62,710 nucleotides of DNA from positions 1-62,710 of IMG/VR virus record IMGVR_UViG_3300021437_000018; one strand, 5' to 3'. Of this stretch, positions 36,348 through 45,399 are shown piece by piece (the first letter of the stretch is position 1; every line of letters begins with the position of its first letter). The translations under genes and the position numbers were made by a program. Source of the DNA: a virus (lineage: Duplodnaviria; Caudoviricetes). Below the pieces are notes generated by a model that was given only the letters and a program-made list of their open reading frames with translations, was not told where the DNA came from and ran no database searches.

Positions 36348-38206
36348 TGTTGATTCCGGCGAAGTACAATGGAAAATGCGCGGGCTGCGGCGATCCGATT
36401 GTGATCGGTGAGCAAATCAGCTGGACGCGCGGTAGCTCCGCGGTGTTTCATGCGGGTTGCTCGACGGAAGGGCAAGCGGCAGCGAAGGCGGCGCAGGCCT
36501 CGCGCGCGACTGACGCGGACATCGAGCTTGCTTGTCCCCCTGGCCTCGAATATATGCCATTCCAGCGAGCGGGGATTGCTTTCGCTCTGTCGGTTGGCAA
36601 GACTCGGCGGGGTGTGTTGTTTGGTGATGCGCCTGGACTCGGTAAGACGATCCAGGTACTCGGCTGGATCAACAATGAAACCGAGATCAATTCGGTGTTG
36701 GTGATCTGCCCTAAGTCTCTGACGATCAATTGGATGCGAGAGGCCCGCAAGTGGCTGACCCGCGATTTCAAGGTCTCGTGCGTGCCCGGTTGTGGCGATG
36801 TGGTCGTGATGTCCTACGAGGGCGCGAAGAAGTACTCGGCGCAACTGGACCGCAAATGGGGTCTGGTCGTGGTGGACGAGGCCCACCTCGTAAAAAACCC
36901 CAAGGCGCAGCGCTCGAAGGCAGTGGCGGCAATCGTCGCGAAAGCGTCGCGTCGAGCCCTGCTCACGGGGACACCGATTCCCAACCGTCCGATTGAGCTA
37001 TTCCCGCTCATGGCCATGGTCGATCCGGCAGAGTGGGATCCAAATGGAAAGGGATTCTTTCGCTTCGCTCTGCGGGACGCGGCGGCGCACAACTCAACGG
37101 GCTATTGGGACTTTTCTGGCGCGTCAAACCTCGATGAGCTGCAGCAGCGATTGCGGTCAACGAACATGATTCGTCGGACGAAGGAGCAGGTGTTGACCGA
37201 GCTGCCAAAGAAGCGCAGGCAGGTGATCGAGCTACCAGCGAACGGCGCAGCGAAGGCCGTGGAGGCCGAGAAAGCCGCATGGGATCGGCTCGAGTCGCGG
37301 CTCGAGGATTTGCGCGCGGCGGTAGAGCTTTCGAAGGCCTCGGACGATCCGGCGGACTTTGACTCAGCTGTGCGTGCACTGAGCGGTGCAACGAAAACAG
37401 CTTTCACCGATATTTCGAAGCAACGTCACGCGGTGGCGGTGGCGAAGGTGCCGCATGTGATCGAGCATGCGACGACGTGTCTGGAGGACGCAGACGGCAA
37501 GTTGCTGATTTGGGTACACCACCACGATGTTGGGGATGCGATTCGCGAAGGGCTCTCCGAGTTCGGTGTGGTTGGGATCGACGGTCGTAACTCAAGTGAG
37601 GAGCGAGACGCGGCGGTCCAGAGGTTCCAGAACGATCCGAATGTGCGGGTGTTCGTGGGTGGGATATCGGCAGCAGGCGTCGGCCTTACCCTTACGGCCT
37701 CTGCTCACGAGATTTTCGCAGAGCTCGATTGGGTACCCGGCAACATGTTGCAGGCCGAGGATCGGGCCCACCGAATCGGTCAGCTAGAGTCGGTGCTTGT
37801 GCAGCTCATGGTGCTCGAGGGCTCGCTCGACGCTCGAATGGCCTCGGTGCTTGTGGACAAAATGGCCGTTGCCGAAGCAGGGCTCGACGCTGACACGAGG
37901 CGCAATCAGATCCTGCCAACTGCCCAGCCACCCGCCACGGCGGGCACTGTGCGGGAGCTGGCAGAAGTGGCAGCCAAACTCTCGGCGACCGACGTGGCCG
38001 AGGTACACGCGGCGCTGCGGCGGCTCGCTGGGCTCTGCGACGGGGCAGCGGCAATTGACGGGCAGGGGTTCTCGAAAATCGACGTCCGGATCGGTCACTC
38101 GCTAGCCAATGCTCCGAGGCTCAGCCCCAAACAGGCAGCGCTGGGGGTCAAGTTGTGCCGCAAATATCGGAAACAACTAGGCGAAGGCTGCTGGTCGAAC
38201 CTGTAA
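36347..38206 (+). CDS. SNF2/SMARCAL1-like ATPase with an N-terminal Zn ribbon
   Basis: DAPGLGKT, VVDEAH, LTGTPIPN, AAGVGLTL and QAEDRAHRIGQ motifs; N-terminal CAGC...HAGC. Confidence 0.9.
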   Translation: MLIPAKYNGKCAGCGDPIVIGEQISWTRGSSAVFHAGCSTEGQAAAKAAQASRATDADIELACPPGLEYMPFQRAGIAFALSVGKTRRGVLFGDAPGLGKTIQVLGWINNETEINSVLVICPKSLTINWMREARKWLTRDFKVSCVPGCGDVVVMSYEGAKKYSAQLDRKWGLVVVDEAHLVKNPKAQRSKAVAAIVAKASRRALLTGTPIPNRPIELFPLMAMVDPAEWDPNGKGFFRFALRDAAAHNSTGYWDFSGASNLDELQQRLRSTNMIRRTKEQVLTELPKKRRQVIELPANGAAKAVEAEKAAWDRLESRLEDLRAAVELSKASDDPADFDSAVRALSGATKTAFTDISKQRHAVAVAKVPHVIEHATTCLEDADGKLLIWVHHHDVGDAIREGLSEFGVVGIDGRNSSEERDAAVQRFQNDPNVRVFVGGISAAGVGLTLTASAHEIFAELDWVPGNMLQAEDRAHRIGQLESVLVQLMVLEGSLDARMASVLVDKMAVAEAGLDADTRRNQILPTAQPPATAGTVRELAEVAAKLSATDVAEVHAALRRLAGLCDGAAAIDGQGFSKIDVRIGHSLANAPRLSPKQAALGVKLCRKYRKQLGEGCWSNL

Positions 38207-38241
38207 CCAGTTGTTCACACCAAAGAAAAAAGTACCCACCC

Positions 38242-38317
38242 AGAAAACCATTGGCACTCTCGGAATAGTGAGCTATATATACTGAGTCGGCAGCGAACGC
38301 CGGCAGAAAGTAGAAAC
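38242..38317 (+). repeat. 76-bp direct repeat, copy 2
   Basis: Identical to 35255-35330. Confidence 0.9.
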
Positions 38318-38321
38318 ACAG

Positions 38322-38606
38322 ATGGTCAAATCAATCCCCACCAGTGAGCAAATGCGACAAGCAATCAAAGCTGATCAGCTGACCCTTGACGCTTTGACGG
38401 AAAAGGGATGGACCGGCGGAACCGCGCTAAGTGTTCTGCTCGGAAGCATTTACAGTCACCCGATGTTTGATGATTTTCGCGAGGTATCCAGGAGGAATCC
38501 TCAGTTGCGCCACATGCGCGCGTTGGCCGAAGGGCTTTCTGGGTGTCGGCACCCAACCGACGGTTCTCGACGCGGGAAACCATCCGAAAGAGGAGCAAGG
38601 ATATGA
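38322..38606 (+). CDS. hypothetical protein
   Basis: First ORF after promoter cassette 2. Confidence 0.55.
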   Translation: MVKSIPTSEQMRQAIKADQLTLDALTEKGWTGGTALSVLLGSIYSHPMFDDFREVSRRNPQLRHMRALAEGLSGCRHPTDGSRRGKPSERGARI

Positions 38607-38806
38607 GCGAGCAAACCAGGATTCTGACCTTCGATTCTTTCATCCGGGCCGAGCAGGCCCGATCAATCCGGTTCGCCCAAGGTGAGGCGACCCAAGAGGA
38701 ACTAGAGGCTATCTGCGGGCTCAGCGAGACCGTCTATCTCGACGCCTACCCCGAGGCAATGCAGTTGCAGATCAGCGCTTACCAGGCGCAGCGAGCGGCG
38801 TCGTGA
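38603..38806 (+). CDS. hypothetical protein
   Basis: AGGAG SD and ATGA coupling. Confidence 0.55.
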   Translation: MSEQTRILTFDSFIRAEQARSIRFAQGEATQEELEAICGLSETVYLDAYPEAMQLQISAYQAQRAAS

Positions 38807-38937
38807 AGGTGTTACTGGTAGTTGTTCTGGGGCTGGCTTGGGTCTTTGCGGCGCTGTTGTTTTCTGTGCGGTTTTGCCGTCACGTGGACGATCCGCCGAA
38901 AAGCAGATGGGAGAACGACTGTCATGGCGACGACTGA
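38803..38937 (+). CDS. 44-aa single-TM peptide (absent from the ORF track)
   Basis: GTGA coupling; MKVLLVVVLGLAWVFAALLFSVRFCRH... Confidence 0.45.
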   Translation: MKVLLVVVLGLAWVFAALLFSVRFCRHVDDPPKSRWENDCHGDD

Positions 38938-39196
38938 GGACCGCGAGCAAGACGCATGGGGCCAGATCGGGGCATTGCTCAAACGCATGCATGATGCCGG
39001 GTGGTGTCCGGATCTGAAAATCCGAAGCGGTGGCGAGACGGCTCGGATCGAGTTACAGCTTGACTTGTTCCTCGACGACCAGCCCGACGTCTACGAATGG
39101 CAATTCCCCTTCTGTGAAGCGGCGCAGCAACTTTTGGGAAAGCTTGAGGAGCTCAAGCAGAAAGTGAACGAACAGTGGGAAAGCAAGAAGATCTGA
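38924..39196 (+). CDS. hypothetical protein
   Basis: GGAG SD before ATG38924. Confidence 0.55.
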   Translation: MATTEDREQDAWGQIGALLKRMHDAGWCPDLKIRSGGETARIELQLDLFLDDQPDVYEWQFPFCEAAQQLLGKLEELKQKVNEQWESKKI

Positions 39197-40098
39197 CAAC
39201 GGTGATGAACGCGGGCGAGAAGATAATCGGCGCGATCGTGTGTTGGTCGCTCGACGGCTACTCGGCAGGGCGCGAGTCATTCAGCGGAGCGATGCGGACG
39301 GCGTGGGAAGTGACGGAGTGCGCGCTTGTTCGGCAGCCGAGACCGAAGGCGGCTTTGCGCGCAGCCTGCGAGCGATTCAACGGTACGCGCAAAGGGATTC
39401 TGTTCCGCCCCTTCCGCAAGACGGGCGGCTTCGCCTGCGTTCTCGAGTCCGAGAATGCGGGGCAAATGATGCATGCTCACGTGGCTACGGTGCTCGCGGA
39501 CGACGATGGCCCACAATGGCAATGGATCGCGAGCAAAGATGGCCCAGCGTCGCAGGAAATGCAGGCGTTGCCCGGTCGCATTCGTGAGCTTTGGGCTGCG
39601 AAGCGTGAGCGCGTCGACTCCGATGAGCTGTCAGCCACGCTCGTGGCGTGCATGCTCGGGACCTATCGTGAGCCGCTCCTAGGGGCATTCTGTCTGCGGG
39701 ATAGAACCGGTGGTGTCTACTTCGTTCCGGCGGCGACGCTCGATAATCTGCGAGCGATCCGCGTGGCAGTGAACTCGGCTTCGCGTGGCTGCAAGCTGCA
39801 AATCCTCACGGTGTCCGGTACTGCGGAAAACCTCGCAGAGTCTGCAGGGCAGGCTCGAGCAACTTTCGCTCGGCAATTGGCCGAGGTGCGTGAAGAGGTG
39901 GCCGAGTTCGTGGCGGCCGCGAAGGCTGAGGGCAAGTCAGCGGACACACGGAACATCGCAGTAAGGGCTGAGCGCTTCCATGCTCTTCGGGCTCGGGTGG
40001 CCCTGTTTCGCGATATCCTTGGCGATGTGAGTGGAGATCTCGAGACCGAGATCAACGAGGCCAAATCAGCCATGGTGGAAGAGCTAGAGGCACTCTGA
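39175..40098 (+). CDS. hypothetical protein associated with the AAA+/VWA pair (possibly DUF6744-like)
   Basis: IGAIVCWSL N-terminus, LRDRTGGVYFVP motif and helical C-terminus. Family assignment is from memory and unverified. Confidence 0.55.
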   Translation: MGKQEDLTTVMNAGEKIIGAIVCWSLDGYSAGRESFSGAMRTAWEVTECALVRQPRPKAALRAACERFNGTRKGILFRPFRKTGGFACVLESENAGQMMHAHVATVLADDDGPQWQWIASKDGPASQEMQALPGRIRELWAAKRERVDSDELSATLVACMLGTYREPLLGAFCLRDRTGGVYFVPAATLDNLRAIRVAVNSASRGCKLQILTVSGTAENLAESAGQARATFARQLAEVREEVAEFVAAAKAEGKSADTRNIAVRAERFHALRARVALFRDILGDVSGDLETEINEAKSAMVEELEAL

Positions 40099-40099
40099 C

Positions 40100-40480
40100 G
40101 TGGGAAGACCGAGGACCAAGTCGCGACGGCGCGAGACGCCGATCGTCAAGGTGGTTGGGAAAGTCCATGCCCTTGGCGAGCGGATCGCGTTGCGGTGTGC
40201 GGAACTTGGTCTGACCTACCTCGATTTGTCGGCTCGGCTCGGGTACGAGCGTCCAAACGGGCGGCATGTGGTTTTTTTTTCGATTGCGCAGACGGTCAAA
40301 TACGACCGTCTAGTGAGGCTCGCGCGCGCCCTCGAGTGGGATAGCCTGGCTCCATTTTTTGAGAAAATGCCTACATTTGAGGGCCAGACCCGGGCAGCGC
40401 TGAGAAAATGGGAAAAGAACATTGTCGCCACAAATGCGGGTGCTAGAGAATCGGCGCCGCCTCACAGCGGCAGAAAGTAG
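40100..40480 (+). CDS. XRE-like helix-turn-helix protein
   Basis: LGERIALRCAELGLTYLDLSARLGY...LVRLARALE. Confidence 0.6.
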   Translation: MGRPRTKSRRRETPIVKVVGKVHALGERIALRCAELGLTYLDLSARLGYERPNGRHVVFFSIAQTVKYDRLVRLARALEWDSLAPFFEKMPTFEGQTRAALRKWEKNIVATNAGARESAPPHSGRK

Positions 40481-40484
40481 CGAA

Positions 40485-41627
40485 ATGGCAAGTCTGCAAA
40501 GCAGGTTTCACGGGCTCGCGAACCAGCTCAAGGCCCAGTACTTCGAGCGTGATGCGATCGTGTCGGGCATGATGTGCGCGGCGATAGCAGGGGAGCACGT
40601 CTTGTTATTGGGGGAGCCTGGTACGGCCAAGTCCGCACTGGTGCGTGGGTTCTGCGCTGGCTTCGGTGGGGCGAATTACTTCGAGTGGTTGTTGTCCAAG
40701 TACTCGGTACCCGAGGAGCTATTCGGGCCCCTGTCACTCGCAGAGCTCAAGCGCGGGGTCTATTCACGGGTGACTGTTGGCAAGTTGCCCGAGGCCGAGA
40801 TCGTGTTCTTGGATGAGATTTTCAAGAGCAATTCTGGTGTACTGAACAGCCTTCTGGCGGCGATCAACGAGCGCAAATTTCACGACGGTAACTCGGTCAA
40901 GACGATCCCGTTGCGGCTATGTGTGGGTGCGAGCAACGAGCTCCCCGAAGGCTCCGAGCTGGCTGCGCTTTACGATCGTTTTCTTGTGCGATATTGGGTT
41001 GATCCGATCAAGTCGCTCAAGTCCATGTCAGCTATGCTGGTTGCAGGCGACCAGTCGATCGGAGTGGCAGCGAGCCTCGCGGACTGGACGAAAGCTCAGG
41101 CGGAAGCCAAGCAGATTTGCTTTCCTGCGGTCGCGGTAGACGCTCTGCTTAGCCTCAAAGCCAAGGTTGAGGCTGACGGGGTGTCGGTGAGCGATCGGCG
41201 CTGGAAGCGCATCGTTGGGCTACTGCGGGCAAACGCCTGGCTATCTGAAGACACCGAGGTTTCAACGGACCATTTCGAGATCCTGGCAGATTGCCTCTGG
41301 TCGGATCCCGCAACTCGGACGCAGGTTGCCTCTCGAGTGTCCGACGTGGTCGGTTCGGCTGTGGCCACTTCGCGCAAGATCCTCGACATGCTCGTTGTCG
41401 CGCGAAATCAAGTGACAGCTCGCCCGACGGATCCGCAAGGCTTGGGAGATTGGCGCAAGCAATTGGTAACGCTTGGCACCGAGGCCACTGAAGCAGTGCT
41501 CAAATTGCAAGCAGAGGCCGAAAAGCAGTCGGGCCGCAAGCGCCAGAAAATCGAAGCGCTGGTAAAAGAAGGGCAGCAGCAGAAAGAGGAAATCCGAGCG
41601 ATGATTCGCGAGGGGATGGACTTCTGA
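40485..41627 (+). CDS. MoxR-family AAA+ ATPase (RavA-like)
   Basis: GEPGTAKS (Walker A), VFLDEIFK (Walker B), GASNELP, ALYDRF and SDRRW. Confidence 0.9.
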   Translation: MASLQSRFHGLANQLKAQYFERDAIVSGMMCAAIAGEHVLLLGEPGTAKSALVRGFCAGFGGANYFEWLLSKYSVPEELFGPLSLAELKRGVYSRVTVGKLPEAEIVFLDEIFKSNSGVLNSLLAAINERKFHDGNSVKTIPLRLCVGASNELPEGSELAALYDRFLVRYWVDPIKSLKSMSAMLVAGDQSIGVAASLADWTKAQAEAKQICFPAVAVDALLSLKAKVEADGVSVSDRRWKRIVGLLRANAWLSEDTEVSTDHFEILADCLWSDPATRTQVASRVSDVVGSAVATSRKILDMLVVARNQVTARPTDPQGLGDWRKQLVTLGTEATEAVLKLQAEAEKQSGRKRQKIEALVKEGQQQKEEIRAMIREGMDF

Positions 41628-43309
41628 TGGCCCAAGCAGTCACCTACAGCGGGATTACGGCTCGGCCAGTTGTGGGTCCAGATGGAAAGGTTTCGCATTG
41701 GATCGCGGACGGTGCGTCAATCCCTGCTGACCTGTTTGCTGTCCATGGAAAGGCGATGCTTGCCGCGAAGGCGAAAGGCGTTCCGTGGGTCCCGTCGCAA
41801 GCGCTTTCGAAGGTCAACGGTCGTCAAGTGTCCTTGGTTGAGAGCGTGGCTCACTTGCATGACGTCTTTTCCGACGGCAGAGACGTGGCTTACAAGGTGG
41901 ACGAGCAGACCCGGCAGGCTGCAGCGGCAGAGTTACAGCGCGGCGGCCAATTCGGCGAGGTCGTAGATGCGTTGGCTAACGAGAATTGGCCAGCACTGCC
42001 ACGGGAATTGTTCGCGCGGCTCCATGGGGACCCGGAACCACTCGAGCAGTGCCCCACGGGTGCTGACTGGGCAAAGGAACTGCACAAGGCAGCAGACGAA
42101 TCGGACGATTGGGATCGGCTGCGCACGCTCAGCCAAGGGGACTCGTGGGCAGCGGGGATCGGGGCAGCGGCGGTTGGGCGCAAGTTGATCGATGCCTTCG
42201 GGGATGCGTTGCGAGACCTGCCGCGAGAGGATCCGCAGAAACTTGAGGAGCACATTGACACGGCGGACGAAGCCTTGGGTCTGGGCGAAAAGGACACGCA
42301 GCGGGCCTTGGAATCGATGATCAACGAGGCAGCAGCGGCAGCGAATGCGTGCGAAGTCGTGGCCGATGCGATTGCCAAGAGTCCATCGAAGGCACTTCGA
42401 GCGATTGTCGCTGGGGCTAAGGAAGCTGTGCAGGAAATCAGCGAGACCTTGCAGGCTGTCACGGCCCTTGGTGTCGGGACCGAGCCGGGTCATCTGTCGC
42501 GGGTGACTGGTCCGCGCGAGGAAATCCTTCGGGCGTTGCGAGACGATCCAGCATTGCGAAGGATTGCCGTTCTGGCGGGGCGGCTCAAGGTGGCGGCTCG
42601 AGCGGCGCAGCGTTCCAAATCGAGGTACGTCCCGGAACAAATCGTGGACGTCACGTTGGGCGGGGAGATCTCGCGCCTGCTTCCCTCCGAGCTGGTTTCG
42701 TTTGCTGTCCCCGAGCTGGAGCTATTGGGGCTCAAGCGCTTGGCCGAGCGGCAATGTCTTGAGTATTCGTTTGCGGGCACCGAGCGAAAAGACCGCGGCC
42801 CACTGGTGCTGTGCGTGGATGAGTCTGGATCGATGAAAGGCGCACCGCATGAATTCGCCTGTGCCGTGGGGCTGGCCCTGCTCGAGATTTGTGCAATGCA
42901 GCGACGAGCATTTGCCTATTTGCACTTTGATTCTACGGTCTCGCGCGAATGGATTGTCGAGAATCCGGCCAAGCTCAAGTTTGCCGACTTTCTGGCGGAA
43001 GTGTCGTATTTCTCCGGCGGCGGAACCAACTTCGAGCCGCCGCTGAAACGTGCGACCGAGTTGATTGCCGGTAGCTCGGCGGCCTTGGTTGACGCTGACG
43101 TGATGCTGCTTACGGACGGGGCGGCCACTTGGGGCACCGACAAAACCGACGCGGTCGCTACCCTGGGGCAGCTTGGGGCGCGATTGTGGGGCGTAGAGAT
43201 CGGCGGTTGTTTTTCGGTTGAGCAGAGCAAGGCAATGGCCGGTAAGTTTTCATTGCAGCCCGGCCTTGTCGGGGCAACCGTTCAAATTGAACTTGCTTTT
43301 GGGTTATGA
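41627..43309 (+). CDS. VWA-domain protein (ViaA-like)
   Basis: MIDAS residues CVDESGSM...GGTNF...LLTDG; ISRLLPSEL motif. Confidence 0.85.
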   Translation: MAQAVTYSGITARPVVGPDGKVSHWIADGASIPADLFAVHGKAMLAAKAKGVPWVPSQALSKVNGRQVSLVESVAHLHDVFSDGRDVAYKVDEQTRQAAAAELQRGGQFGEVVDALANENWPALPRELFARLHGDPEPLEQCPTGADWAKELHKAADESDDWDRLRTLSQGDSWAAGIGAAAVGRKLIDAFGDALRDLPREDPQKLEEHIDTADEALGLGEKDTQRALESMINEAAAAANACEVVADAIAKSPSKALRAIVAGAKEAVQEISETLQAVTALGVGTEPGHLSRVTGPREEILRALRDDPALRRIAVLAGRLKVAARAAQRSKSRYVPEQIVDVTLGGEISRLLPSELVSFAVPELELLGLKRLAERQCLEYSFAGTERKDRGPLVLCVDESGSMKGAPHEFACAVGLALLEICAMQRRAFAYLHFDSTVSREWIVENPAKLKFADFLAEVSYFSGGGTNFEPPLKRATELIAGSSAALVDADVMLLTDGAATWGTDKTDAVATLGQLGARLWGVEIGGCFSVEQSKAMAGKFSLQPGLVGATVQIELAFGL

Positions 43310-43533
43310 CACGCCGAGCGGAGTGGATCCCGATTCGCGATTTGAAGCCAGGCGACTGGATCGCGGATCCGCACTGCGGGCAACCCGGGCGCGTCAAATC
43401 GGTTGACATCGACGGTGACTCTGTAATAGTGAGCTACCTCAAGGGCCCACCGGGCCAATTAGGGTTTCGGGTGCAGCTGACAGACACGGTGTCCAGGCTG
43501 GTAAAAATCCGGCAGAAAGCGGCAAGCAAGTGA
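43306..43533 (+). CDS. small SH3/KOW-like hypothetical protein
   Basis: IRDLKPGDWI....GRVKSVD. Confidence 0.5.
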   Translation: MTRRAEWIPIRDLKPGDWIADPHCGQPGRVKSVDIDGDSVIVSYLKGPPGQLGFRVQLTDTVSRLVKIRQKAASK

Positions 43534-44750
43534 GACAACTGCAAGTACTGACGAACTCCGAGGCGGAGTGTTATGACGAGTGCCCCGCAAAGCACGGCTA
43601 TGCCTACCATGAGCTACTGCGGCCAATTGCGATCGCAAAGCCATTGCAGCGGGGCACGCTCTACCACGCCGGCGTGGCCGCTGGCTGGCGTGCGGCCTGG
43701 GCTGCGGACTCCTGGCACCTGCCGCTTGTGGAGCGCGTAGAGCTAGCCAAGCAGGCCGCTAGCGCAGCCATCGAGGAGCTAGCAGCAGAGGCGTCGGCAG
43801 AGCTGGCGCAGGTCGAGGCGACTCCCGAGCGGTTCGATACCCTGGACGAGGTGACGCGGATTGCAACTTGGGGCGCGCGACGATATTTCCAGGAACGGCA
43901 GAACGACTTAGATCCGGCACGGTTTCTTCCGTTGGCAGTTGAGCAGGCGTTTTCGGTGCGACTCCCGAATGCGGCGGGACACCCAACGATCGTCCAGTAT
44001 GAGGGCGTCATTGACCTGGTGCTCTACGATCGCGAGATGGACATGATTCGCGTCGAGGATCACAAAATGCCCGAGGACGGGCCCTCGGCGCTTGAGAAAA
44101 AGATCGAGCTAAACACGCAGACGACGGGGTATCTTGCGGCAGTGCGGGAGCTGCAGAAGGATCCGAAGAACGGATTTTGGCGGTTCTTTCGCGAGAATGT
44201 TGCCGGATCTTGCGTTCATGAGATCTCGCTTGATAGGATTCTGCAAGGGCAGACCGGGCTAGTCGCATACAACGTTATGCGCGGGAAGATCCCGGCAGAG
44301 CCACGGGTCAACCAAAAAGGCGATGTTTCTGTGGCTGAGTGCTCAACGTTGCCCGAGATTTACGAACGCGCCCTATTGGAACAGGCCACGGATCGCGGCA
44401 TCGACATCAGCCAGAAGCAGCGGGATCGACTCGAGCAAATTCGAGCGAAGGCCCGATGGTTCGAGCAGATGGAATTTTTTCGAAACGGTGAGGAAATTCA
44501 GCGCTGGCTCGAAGAGACATTGGTTAAGGCCAGACTGATTCGCGAGAGCGGCCGCAATCCCGAGCTGCGAATTCGCAGGCCTGTCCATTGCTCGTCCGCC
44601 TCGTCTTACGCCTGCGCTTATAAGGCGGTTTGCATTGACCCAACTTCGGATGCGGTGAAGCGAACAAGCTATCGTGTCGCGATTGACAGCCACGAGGAAG
44701 TGGCAGAAGCGAAAGAACAAAATGGCAACGAAAAAGACCTCGGGTGGTAG
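43530..44750 (+). CDS. PD-(D/E)XK Cas4/RecB-like exonuclease
   Basis: CPAK..GTLYH, GVIDLV...VEDHK and a C-terminal C-x6-C-x5-C. Confidence 0.8.
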   Translation: MRQLQVLTNSEAECYDECPAKHGYAYHELLRPIAIAKPLQRGTLYHAGVAAGWRAAWAADSWHLPLVERVELAKQAASAAIEELAAEASAELAQVEATPERFDTLDEVTRIATWGARRYFQERQNDLDPARFLPLAVEQAFSVRLPNAAGHPTIVQYEGVIDLVLYDREMDMIRVEDHKMPEDGPSALEKKIELNTQTTGYLAAVRELQKDPKNGFWRFFRENVAGSCVHEISLDRILQGQTGLVAYNVMRGKIPAEPRVNQKGDVSVAECSTLPEIYERALLEQATDRGIDISQKQRDRLEQIRAKARWFEQMEFFRNGEEIQRWLEETLVKARLIRESGRNPELRIRRPVHCSSASSYACAYKAVCIDPTSDAVKRTSYRVAIDSHEEVAEAKEQNGNEKDLGW

Positions 44751-45396
44751 AGCGAAGAAAGAAAAGACCATGGGCAAGCGGCCGAGCAAGTCCAAGAAAG
44801 CGGCAGCGCGGAAAGCTGGCACGGGCGAAGCCCCCAAGAAGAAGCGCGGACGCCCCCCGAAGCCCCTCACGGCAGAACAGCGATCGGTAGTGCCAGACGC
44901 GCTACACGCGGCGGCGGAGCTAGGAGACGCGGATGCCATTGAGCATCGTGCTCGGATCCTCAAGGCTTACGACGCTCTCAAGCGAGCGGAAGCGCGCAAA
45001 GCCGAAGTGTTCAAGGAATGCCGAGACCGTACCAACCAGGAAAAGGCGACTTTTCAGACGACGATTGAAGCACCGGTGCAGGACAATGCCGTCAAGGATA
45101 CGTTGCTTGGGTGGATTCGTCGTGCGCAGGCGGCTTGGCAAGACGTCAATGAAACCGACCTCCTGAACAAAGAGGAAAAGAAACTTGCTGGTAAGGCGTT
45201 CAGGCAGACCCGAAAGATTTTCGACGACACGATCACGAACGTTTCTCAGCTGGCTCTACCTTTCGCGGATTTAACCGAGGATCTCCCGGCAGTGGTTGCG
45301 GAGTCGGTGCGTGGTGGTAATGACGAGCCCGAAGACGAAGACGAGCCCGAAGACGAAGACGAGCCCGAAGACGAAGACGAGCTAGATTTCGAGTAA
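44722..45396 (+). CDS. basic AT-hook protein with an acidic tail (HMGA/H1-like architecture)
   Basis: Lys/Ala-rich N-terminus, KKKRGRPPK, and (EPEDED)3 at the C-terminus. Confidence 0.6.
   Translation: MATKKTSGGRAKKEKTMGKRPSKSKKAAARKAGTGEAPKKKRGRPPKPLTAEQRSVVPDALHAAAELGDADAIEHRARILKAYDALKRAEARKAEVFKECRDRTNQEKATFQTTIEAPVQDNAVKDTLLGWIRRAQAAWQDVNETDLLNKEEKKLAGKAFRQTRKIFDDTITNVSQLALPFADLTEDLPAVVAESVRGGNDEPEDEDEPEDEDEPEDEDELDFE
45322..45381 (+). repeat. 18-bp tandem repeat, about 3.3 copies (GACGAGCCCGAAGACGAA)
   Basis: Directly visible; encodes the acidic tail. Confidence 0.9.
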
Positions 45397-45399
45397 AGC

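Noticed and set aside
40272-40280. T9 homopolymer in the HTH gene as a phase-variation site
   Set aside because: It is in frame (V-F-F-S) and a single instance; it cannot be supported without read data.
43530-44750. Cas4-like gene as evidence of CRISPR-Cas
   Set aside because: No array or other cas genes; the context is the standard exonuclease-Sak4-SSB recombination module.
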